64,000 nucleotides of DNA from Basidiobolus meristosporus CBS 931.73 (taxonomy: Eukaryota; Fungi; Basidiobolomycota), in the NCBI GenBank assembly GCA_002104905.1, contig MCFE01000182.1:76982-140981 (forward strand), in the 5' to 3' direction. The position numbers and the translations under genes were made by a program. Below are positions 50,415 to 60,023 of the stretch, in pieces; position 1 is the first letter of the stretch, and each line of letters begins with the position of its first letter. The notes beneath the pieces are model-generated. The model was given only the letters and a program-made list of their open reading frames with translations. It was not told where the DNA came from and searched no databases.

Positions 50415-52487
50415 TGTTGTAAGAGTCTTGGAGATATTGTAAGTGATTGGGAGAACAAGTAGATTATGTGGTTTTCACTCAATGTTTTATTCAATGTTAA
50501 GGTAGTATTTATACTTTTACCTGGTCTTGGCATAACAAACATGTAGAATAATCTAAGGAAGGTCCCAAGAACATGTGTGCAAAGTTTGGTGCTGTTTGGA
50601 CAACTTTGAGAATTTTCATGCTCTGGGTAAATATTTGAAGTAAATCCCAACTTTGGTCAGTATTCTCTAGGATATGAAGGTAATGATCTAAGTGACTAAG
50701 TTAGGTGAATATTTAGGTGGAAATACAAATTTTTACAACACTCCCACTCAGCTAAATGCTCATACTGACTAGTCCTAATTTCAACCTAAGATATTCAAAC
50801 TTGTCTCTAGCTAATGGTTTGGTAAATATGTCTGCAATCATTTCATCTGTAGGACAGTAAGCTAAGCTAACTAAGTTATTCTCTATAGCTTCACATATGA
50901 AATGATGTCTAATATCTATGTGCTTAGTTATAGCATGAAAAGTTGGATTTCTACCTAATTGTATACATCCTTGATTATCTTGAAATAAAGTAATAGGCGT
51001 TTTTTGACAAAGGCCTAAATCTGTAAAAAGTTTTCTTAACCACAGTGCTTCTTTTGTAGCCTCACAGGCTGTCATATACTCTGCCTCTATGGTGGAAAGT
51101 GCTATGGTTGGTTGCTTTCTTGAATTCCATGAAATTGCTCCTTTACAGTAAAGAAAGGTGTATCCTGTGGTGGATCTTCTGTCTTCCAAATTTCTTCCCC
51201 AATCAGCATCAGAGTATTCCACAAGATCCTGTTCTGAATCCTTATAAGTGTATCTTAAGCAGATATCAGCAGCTCCTTTTAGGTATCTAAAAATCTGCTT
51301 AACTGCTGTAATACAATCAGATTCATAGTTCTGAGTATGTTGGCTGACAACTCCCACTGAATATGAGATGTCTGGACCTGTTCCAAGCATGATATACATC
51401 AGACTGTTGACCATAGACTGATAAGGAAAGTCAGGGCTTTCAGATGGCACCAAGCTCTCTTGATTTGGTTGAGTTTTGACCAAGTTAAGGTTTGTCTCCA
51501 TTGGGGTAGCTGCCGGCTTACAGTCTTCCATTTTGTACTTCTTTAGTATATTTTGAATATACTTGGATTGGCTTAGGGTAATAGTCTGGGTACTTCTGTC
51601 TATGGAGAACTTAATCCCTAGGTAGTAACTGAGTTCTCCTAGATTGGACATCTTGAACTCCTTAGATAGGCTGGATTTTGTCTCTTCCAATGTTTCTAGG
51701 TTATTGGTGGCTATAATAAGATCATCCACATATAGAGCTAATAGAACTGAATTTGCTCTATCTGGCTTGTAGTATATACTATAGTCAGCATTACTTCTTT
51801 TGAAACTCAAAGATTCCAAATAAGAAACTATCCTGCAATTCCAGGCTCTTGGTGATTGTTTGAGACCATATAGTGACTTTTTAAGCTTGCAGACCAAATG
51901 GGGGTTATCTTGGTCAACAAACCCATCAGGCTGGTACATATACATGTCCTCATCAAGTTCTCCATTCAAAAATGCAGTTTTTACATCCATTTGATGAATA
52001 AAAAACTTATATTTGGCTGCAATAGCCAATATTAATCTGATGGAATTAAACTTGGCTACCAGTGCAAAGGTCAAAGTATAGTCAAGTCCTTTTGTTTGAG
52101 AGTTCCTTTGACTACAAGTCTTGCTTTGTATCTTTCAATTGTACCATCAGCCGTGTATTTTGTCTTGAAGACCCATCCGCATCCGCTGATTTTTGGTTGA
52201 TTGGTAATTTGACTAAGTCCCAAGTTTGATTTTCCATCAGGGTCTGATATTCCTCAGTATTGCAGATCTCCAAAACTTTGTCTGAGGGCTATTTAGGGCC
52301 TCTTTTACAGTCTGGGGTTCATCAATATGGACTGAATAGGCATAGGCTAAGTTTGTACCCTCATTGATATAGTAATTTGGGCTATTTCTTGTCCAATTGG
52401 ATCTCTGGCATTTGATACTGGAATAATCACTTCTGGGATATTCCTGGGCACTGATTATGGCTGAGCCATGGTTCTAGAGTCCTCTGG
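50415..52487 (-). mobile_element. 5'-truncated copia (3' LTR 50415-50740, PPT, RT-RH ORF 50752-52074) ending at a telomeric junction
   Basis: Same family as 12136-16815; homology stops at cctctgg 52487, followed by gttagggg. Confidence 0.95.
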
Positions 52488-52617
52488 GTTAGGGGAGGGA
52501 AAGTCACCAAGGTAGGTGAAATCTTTATTTGCTTTCAGACAAGTCTTACTACAAATAAAGAAGCCAGCTGGGAATAGAAGATTCCCAAAGTAAACACTAA
52601 GTTGAATATGAATAAAT

Positions 52618-53430
52618 CTAAGCTAAAGTTAAGGCAGTATCCCAGAGTACACTGGAGTTCAGGTTCATGGGGGAGTGAAGTAGATAAGCTTGAGAGATAT
52701 AATAATTGTTGAGGAAGTGGGTAACAGCAGGTGAAGGGGAGTTTTTGATAAGTGAAGTGAATCTTGAGAGCAGATATTCCTCTAATGAGAAGGTCTTGTA
52801 AACTGGAGAATCAGGAAACTCTTTAAAGGCATGGTCAGTAGGTTCCCAGTAAAACTGGTCAGAGACATTTTGAGAGAATTGTTCAGCAATACTTTTGTCA
52901 AGCACTACCTCCAGAGTGTGATGGTTGATAAATCTCATGTTAACAATCTTTGATAAATTGTAACCTTGTTGCTTGAGATACATCCTATGCTCAGATATGG
53001 GAATAAACTCAACATTGGCAAAGTAGCAGACAGCCCAGTCAGTAGCAGGAGGCAAATCAGAGGTGGCAGGAAACTTTCTTTTAGTCTTGGGAGGAGCAGC
53101 AGGATGTCTTGAGGAAGCAGGAACAGACTTTTTGACAGCTTCAGAGTAGGAAGAGTAAGCAGGAGCAGATGATTCTTGGGGAGTCTTGTTGGCAGGAAGA
53201 GTTGGCACAGGGACAATTGATTCTTGCAGATCAGAGAAGGCAGAAAACAGCTTTTGAACTTGCTTCTTGAATAAAGCATTTTCAGCCTCAACAAGTGCAA
53301 GCCTTTCCTCAAGGAAAGAAATCTGAAGGGAATGGAGTGAAGGCATAAGAATCAAGAAGAAGAGGGTAGGATGGGGTGGGTGGGTGGGAAAATTAGCAGG
53401 GAGAAGAGAAGGAAGGAGCAAAAATTCCAT
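52618..53430 (-). CDS. LINE ORF1-like protein (coiled coil, SYSEAVKK motif, RRM-like segment), no CCHC
   Basis: LEERLALVEAENALFKKQV heptads; YSEAVKK; FIPISEHRMYLKQQG...IVNMRFINHHTLEVVL resembles fungal LINE ORF1 proteins as I recall them; not searched. Confidence 0.55.
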   Translation of the reverse strand: MEFLLLPSLLPANFPTHPPHPTLFFLILMPSLHSLQISFLEERLALVEAENALFKKQVQKLFSAFSDLQESIVPVPTLPANKTPQESSAPAYSSYSEAVKKSVPASSRHPAAPPKTKRKFPATSDLPPATDWAVCYFANVEFIPISEHRMYLKQQGYNLSKIVNMRFINHHTLEVVLDKSIAEQFSQNVSDQFYWEPTDHAFKEFPDSPVYKTFSLEEYLLSRFTSLIKNSPSPAVTHFLNNYYISQAYLLHSPMNLNSSVLWDTALTLA

Positions 53431-53814
53431 AAGTCAGAATTTATAGATGGATGGACAAGGGTAGATGGATGGATTATTCCTGGGTTAGGAAAATTAGCAC
53501 GGAGAAGAGAAGGAAGGAGCAAAAATTCCATAAGTCAGAATTTATAGATGGATGGACAAGGGTAGATGGATGGATTATTCCTGGGATAGGAAAATTAGCA
53601 GGGAGAAGAGAAGGAAGGAGCCAAAATTCCATAAGTCAGAATTTATAGATGGATGGACAAGGGTAGATGGATGGATTATTCCTGGGTTAGGAAAATTAGC
53701 AGGGAGAAGAGAAGGAAGGAGCCAAAATTCCATAAGTCAGAATTTATAGATGGATGGACAAGGGTAGATGGATGGATTATTCCTGGGTTAGGAAAATTAG
53801 CAGGGAGAAGAGAA
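53387..53814. repeat. 101-bp tandem repeat (4 full units + 24 bp) forming the 5' region of module X
   Basis: ggaaaattagc starts at 53387, 53488, 53589, 53690, 53791. Confidence 0.97.
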
Positions 53815-53833
53815 GGGTTAGGGTTAGGGGGGG

Positions 53834-54077
53834 AGGAAAGTCACCAAGTGGTGAAATCTTTATTTACTTATGACAAGTATCTAAAGAAGCCAAGTTAATC
53901 TGAAGTTTTTCCTAGAGAGCTAGGTCTGAGAGATATCTTCCTGGTAAGCCAGGTCTGAGAGTTGAGAAGCTGAGTAGTACTATATTTCCTAGTTAGCTAG
54001 GTCTGAGAGTGGTTTCCTGGAAAGCCAGGCCTGAGAAGTGAGAATCTGAATATATCTGAGCTAAGTTATACTGGTTT
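53834..54077 (-). mobile_element. 5'-truncated copy of SINE Z
   Basis: Matches the 3' half of 60024-60541. Confidence 0.9.
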
Positions 54078-54120
54078 AGGGTGTAGGTGTTATAGTAAGG
54101 GCTAGAAAAAGGTTAGAAGA

Positions 54121-54190
54121 GCAGGGGGTCTGGGGGACGCAGTCCCCTAGAGAATAAAAAAGCAGGGGGTTTGGGGGATGCAATCCCCCA
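54121..54190. other. Twin G-tract plus GCA-loop hairpins (41-bp period)
   Basis: gcagggggtctgggggac-gca-gtcccc and gcagggggtttgggggat-gca-atccccc. Confidence 0.8.
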
Positions 54191-54705
54191 TACTGCTCTT
54201 ATACTCTTTAAATTTCCGTTGGATTACTTTTCTCTCATTCTTGGTTCTGGTCCCTTAGGGTTAGAATTCCTCCTCCTAACCCTTATCATTCTAACCATAA
54301 ATATTTTTACCCTACAATTGGCACATTGTCTGCTCAAATGGTGGGCATGTCTGGGCCAATATTTGTCTCCCTATACTGTCCATACACTCTGTATAAGTCT
54401 TGATGACTATTTAATTAATAAATTGTTATTTTTAATATATATCTAATAATTAATGGGATTCATCCCAATCTGACCACAATCCCATATTTTGATAAGCTTC
54501 GGGCACCATAAATTGCGCGGCCCTAATATGATAAAAAAATTCATGGCCAATACAAATTTTCTGTAACCCGATTGCTTTTACCAAATATAAAGTGTATCCA
54601 AAAGTTCAATATATATTATGGCTATAATAGAAACTTTATTTGACACCATTGCAACTACTACTTATGTTCTATGCGCACATGTATCCCGCGGGAATTGTAA
54701 AACTT

Positions 54706-55490
54706 AGCCACGTGGTACAAAAGTGCTTTTATTTTTCATCATGATAGTTTTACATGAGTTCCTAACGCACTTTGAAAGTACGCAGTAGCCATACCCCAAC
54801 AGGTTTTAAGGATGTCCACTAGCTACGTCTACTTGTGTCTAGCGGGAGCCATCAATCATCAGCCACGCAATACTGAAATGCTTTTATTTTTCATCATGCT
54901 AGTTTTGTATGAATCCCTAACGCACTTTCATAGTGCGCGGTAACCATACCCCAACAGGTTTTAAGGATACCCACTTGCTACGTTTACTTGTGTCTAGCGG
55001 GAGTCATCAATCATCAGCCGCGCGGTAATAAAGTGCTTTTATTTTTCATCATGATAGTTTTACATGAGTCCCTAACGCACTTTTATAGTGCGCGGTAACC
55101 ATACCCCAACAGGTTTTAAGGATACCCACTTGCTACATTTACTTGTGTCTAGCGGGAGTTATCAATCATCAGCCGCACGGTAATAAAGTGCTTTTATTTT
55201 TCATCATGATAGTTTTACATGAGTCCTTAACGCACTTTCATAGTGCACGGTAACCATACCCCAACAGGTTTTAAGGATACACACTTGCTACGTTTACTTG
55301 TGTCTAGCGGGAGTTATCAATCATCAGCCGCGTGGTAATAAAGTGCTTTTATTTTTCATCATGATAGTTTTACATGAGTCCCTAACGCACTTTTATAGTG
55401 CGCGGTAACCATATCCCCAGAAAGTAGTGTGGATGCTTACTTTAAACGCTCACTTGTGTATTGTACGGACTATCAACAAACAGCCGCGTG
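54706..55490. repeat. 155-bp tandem repeat, ~5 units
   Basis: tgcttttatttttcatc at 54724, 54879, 55034, 55189, 55344; last unit degenerate. Confidence 0.97.
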
Positions 55491-55876
55491 GGAATGGAAC
55501 ATCATAGAAAAGCATTGCTTTGTTGTTAGCAAGTATTGATGCGCAAATAGTGGTACTATGTGAATTATTGAGTAACTATTTACTCTAGTTGGTTCCAAGA
55601 TATTCCTAGACAATATGCTCAAAATCAATATTAGCATCAATAGCTTGCTCTTTGATCACTAAACCACCGCACCCAATATGTGGTGGCCTTGGTTTTGTCT
55701 AGCCGTCAAGGAATGAAACCAGAGTACAGTCACAAGAGAGGCAAAAGTGAAATGTGATGAAGTAAGTGTATATGAAAGTAATATAAATCTACAGGACAGA
55801 AGAGAACAACTAGTAGTTAAACAGCACTCACTGACACTCCACCGAGTAGAGCACCAACACGGACAATAAACAAGTC

Positions 55877-57356
55877 ATGAGGGGAAAGCTTAAGGACCGC
55901 TACTTGGGGATCAAGACCAAAAGAGGAAGCTGCCTCTACCATAGCAGTCCTCACGCTCCAAAGGAAGACCAAGAGTCTATTATAGACAAAGATTGCGGCG
56001 AGAAGAGCAGTACAATTACCAGTTCTGGTAGTGGTACCTTTGGAAGTCCCGAATACCTGGAGAAAACTCGGAAAAAATTGGCAGATGACTCAGTTGTCCT
56101 GAGGAGAAAACAAACCAATGCAATTGAGCAGTTCCGAAACGAACTTCAGCTTAATTCTTCTTTGCCTCACTATAAAGTACTCCAAGTGGCTTATTTTGAT
56201 TATAAGCGTATGAAGGAGAATCAGGCAGAGACTGATAAATTAAGTGATAGTCAATTGCATCACTTCTTAGATCAGGTAGAGAAACAGTCGCACAGCCAAG
56301 AGACGGAACAAGAATTGACAATTACAGAAACCAAATAATTTTGCCAATGTAGTTTTGCATTTTAATAAAATAAAAGGGTGTTAATAAGAACAGAATAAAG
56401 TTAACTTATGTGTACATCAAATGATTCAAATACTGGCTAGATGGATGTTACGTAGGAGCAAGAAGCTCAGTAACCTCAAAGGAAAGATATGATGAATGGG
56501 CCACCGACATCATCCAAATGAGTATAAAAGTGGAGAAAGGAGACATAATCCTTCATAAAAAACAAGAAGCATGGAAGCAGGCAGTAGCCGGGTAGATGCC
56601 AGGAGTGAAGGTAGAGTACAAAGAGAGTGAGGAAGGGGACAAGGACACGGAAGAGGACGCGGAACCGGGCGCGGAAGAGGAAGAGGGCAAGGAAGTGGCC
56701 AAATCCAAGAGGAGCGTGAAGGAGGTGTTGCAGCAAATGTGGATGATGCTGAGCAAGTTGCTGTAGTCACTACCAGGCGGCCGGTCAACCAAGTTTCCCA
56801 AGCATTGTCAGAGGTTTGACAAGAGCTTCCGGAATATAGGACAACATCGCACCATGAGATATTGCGACGTATGTGCCAGGAGATTAAACAGAGGAGGGGT
56901 GATATTGTAAAGCTAAATCGGGATATTGCTGGACTTCAAGCCCAGATTGATTTCAGTTTCCACCATTCTACTGAGGCATTAGTGGCACAAATGGTGGAAA
57001 AGTTTGCCCGCATCAGGGCAAGCGATGAGCAGGATGCATCTTCCGACCCAGGTGTACTTGCGAGCGACAGTATTGGAGGGGATACTACTTCCTCCCTCAA
57101 ACCTACCACAAGCCAAGAGACAAGAGCAGAATCCTCCACAACAATGAGAATGGGCCCCACGCAGGTTGATATGGAAGTGTGCGAAGAAGACGTGGAGAAG
57201 CAGAGTGGGGATACTATAGGCCAACCAGAAACTGTAATGGAGGTGGAGAGACCAAGTCATATTGTCATCTTAAAAATACCACAGGTTGATTCATCGCTAT
57301 CACTTCCCCCATCATCACTATCTGTGCCCCCATCACCACCGCCATCCTCTGGCTAA
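55877..57356 (+). pseudogene. Fragmented ORFs of unknown function (charged, coiled-coil and acidic stretches)
   Basis: 153-aa and 164-aa ORFs plus an intervening E-rich frame interrupted by TAG stops. Confidence 0.35.
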
Positions 57357-57547
57357 CTTGAGTAAATAAAGAATTTCCACCATCCCAAATCAATGAATTG
57401 ACAAGTAATAAGTTGAACTGATAAGATTGACGATTTACAGACTAATATATGTAAAGTATGTAGTACTTAAGAGCTTTCAAGTTGTGGTGTATTATCAAGT
57501 ATTCACCGTCACATAAATCACGCAGCAGTTGTTGTATCCCTATCCCA

Positions 57548-59062
57548 ATGGCATTAGAAGCCAGCAGTTACAAGGAGCATCGGAAAAATTTTGGCGTTTA
57601 CCTGGCAACGGTGGCAGGTGTAACAAAACGCAGCTATTGCTTGATGACCATTACCCCGTCTATGAGATACTTGCTATTATATGGAGGGTTTTCTGTTGAG
57701 CACTTTCAAGACAGCAAAATATCCCCGCCTTATGATGAGCGTATAGCTGAAGAAACATCTTGCCGTGGAATACTCTATGAGCCCAGCTCAAAGGTTCAAA
57801 TGATTCACCTTGCAGATCTACACGGTGATGAAGACATCACAGTGACAGTTCTCCCGACTCCAGACAACATATCAACTACAGAGGCAGCCAAAGGGGTGAT
57901 TTTAATTGGCAACAGCTGTGCTAGTGACCACAAAAATCTCTACATATATGGTGGTTTTGAGCTGAGCCGTAGAGAATACTCAGGGCGACATGAAAGTGCC
58001 AAAAAACGGGGGAAAAAAGCGATACGAAGCAAGAGTGGGGAGACAATCAATAGAAGACTGAGCAAGCTGGAGGTAATCACGTACAAAGATGGCAATGGAT
58101 GCTCCAGAGTATTGGAGACAAGGCCATTCTTGAATAATCCGGCAAATATGCCTTCAGCAAGAGGTTGGGCAGTTCTTACGTACGCATTTGATTGCTTATT
58201 CCTGCTGGGCGGCTATCCTACACCATCGGAACCACCTTATACCCAACCAAATGGGAGTTTTTTAAACGAGTTCTACTGTTTAAAATTGCGAACTGGTGAT
58301 TGGGAAAGATGATATGTACACTCAGCAATACAGGAGCTTGGAGAAAACTTTATTGCTGTGGTAAACGAGTATGGCAACCAAATCCAATACATCAACAATG
58401 CAAATGTTACATTCACCTATGATGTCGATAATCAGATCTGGACTTACCCTCCCGATCCAAGTCAGGAAGAAATGAGTACAAAGCAGCTACTAGGGCGCAT
58501 TCTTAATGAATTGGCAGCAATCTCTCAGCGGCACAAGAGGGAAGGCGAAGGAAGTGCTGAGACTGAAAATATCTTGCGGCAGAGTGCCCATGGTCTTACT
58601 GTCCCACTTAAGAACCATCAAGCATTTGGCGTACAATGGCTGATGTATACAGAGGCCATCCATAAAGGAGCATTGCTTGCCAATTCCATGGGACTTGGAA
58701 AGACATTGCAGATATTAAGTCTCATATTGGAGACACCTGAGCAAAGGCCAAATCTTATTGTTGTCACGCTTGGAATACTTCTCAATTGGGTGATGGAGAT
58801 AAAGACAAAAACAAGGATATCCGATGAAGAGCTTCATGTATTTCATGGAAAATTCCGAGCTATCAAGAAGTCAGATATGGAGACTAAGAGGATCGTGCTC
58901 ACCACCTACCACACACTATGTGTTGAAGCAAGGAACCCTGATTTGCCTATATGGAATGTGAAATTTGGCCGAATAGTGGCTGATGAGGCAGATACACTTA
59001 AGAACTACAAAGGCGGTAGCTTAAACGCAGTGAGTAAAATTGATGGAGAATCCTTGATACTT
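57548..59062 (+). pseudogene. Kelch-repeat plus SNF2-family ATPase fusion; one in-frame TGA; truncated by a telomeric junction
   Basis: LYGG/IYGG/LLGG kelch motifs; LANSMGLGKT, IVLTTY, RIVADEAD.LKN; TGA 58310-58312 is in frame with the next ORF (45-nt gap); ends before helicase motif III. Confidence 0.8.
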
Positions 59063-59073
59063 GGGTTAGGGGG

Positions 59074-59219
59074 AGGGAAAGTCACCAAGGTAGGTGAAAT
59101 CTTTATTTGATTTCAGACAAGTCTAACTACAAATAAAGAAGCCAGCTGGGAATAGAAGATTCCCAAAGTAAACACTAAGTTGAATATGAATAAATCTAGG
59201 CCAAAGTTAAGGCAGTATC
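59074..59219 (-). mobile_element. 5'-truncated module X (3' 146 bp)
   Basis: Near-identical to 52496-52640. Confidence 0.92.
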
Positions 59220-59227
59220 TTAGGGGG

Positions 59228-60012
59228 AGACAGTCACCAACAGGTGAAATCTTTATTTCAGTTGAAACAAAGAAGCCAGCGCTACTGTTGTAGCTTTGAT
59301 ACAAGAGTGTGTAGCTGAGGGGAATTTGTAGGTAAGTTAATAAGAAGTGATGAGAGCTCTTCAGTGCTCAAGACACTGTTCAGTGGGAAGGGGGGTAGCA
59401 AGAGAGGTAAGAATGACTTGTGAACAACATTAATGAGGGGAATGTGATAAGGATTGATATTCATCATAAAGGGAGTGTGCTGCTGCAGATATTGCTGCCA
59501 AAGGTCTGTCAAGTACTTCAGGTAGGCCAGCTTGGGTTTTTCTGACTGCAGAATAAAGTGAGCAAACTTCTTGACTTCAGGATCTCCAAGTATAGTTCTC
59601 CAGCAGGAGCCAGGTGTTGTGTGGTGTGTTCTCTTCCAGGCCTTAATCAGTGGGTTGTTGCAGTTGTGAAGTCTGAGGTATAATCTGGTTCTAAGGTAGA
59701 GAAGTCTGATCTTATAGGGCATAAACCCAAAAGCACCAAGAATAGCATGTCTGTAGGGGCATTCAGGCAAATGAGGCACCAAGGAGGTAATGCACCATAC
59801 TGCAAACTTGTCAAGCTTAGTGCAGTCTCTAGAAGTAAGAGAGAGAAGTGGTAAGCCAAATTCTAGGACAGGGAAGACAAACTGCTTGAGTAGAAGGAGG
59901 CAGCTGGGAGCTGAAGTTGTAGGAGGAGTAACAGCCAACAGCTTGTGGAGTGCCTGTCTTGCAAGGATAATTCTCTTCTTCAGGTGTGCTCCAGAGTCTA
60001 GTCCAGTAGGAA
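59228..60012 (-). mobile_element. 5'-truncated module Y (C-terminal part of ORF2)
   Basis: Near-identical to 60554-61338. Confidence 0.93.
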
Positions 60013-60023
60013 GGGTTAGGGGG

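Larger units (their letters stand above)
52496..53814 (-). mobile_element. Telomeric retroelement module X (ORF1-like only, 5' tandem monomers, shared 3' hairpin)
   Basis: Bounded by TTAG(G)n junctions; one 270-aa ORF; 122-nt 3' UTR ending in the AATAAAGATTTCACC...GGTGAC motif. Confidence 0.8.

Noticed and set aside
53387-55490. CRISPR-like arrays (101-bp and 155-bp repeats)
   Set aside because: Whole units repeat without unique spacers; eukaryotic context; no cas genes. The short ORFs listed there are repeat artefacts.
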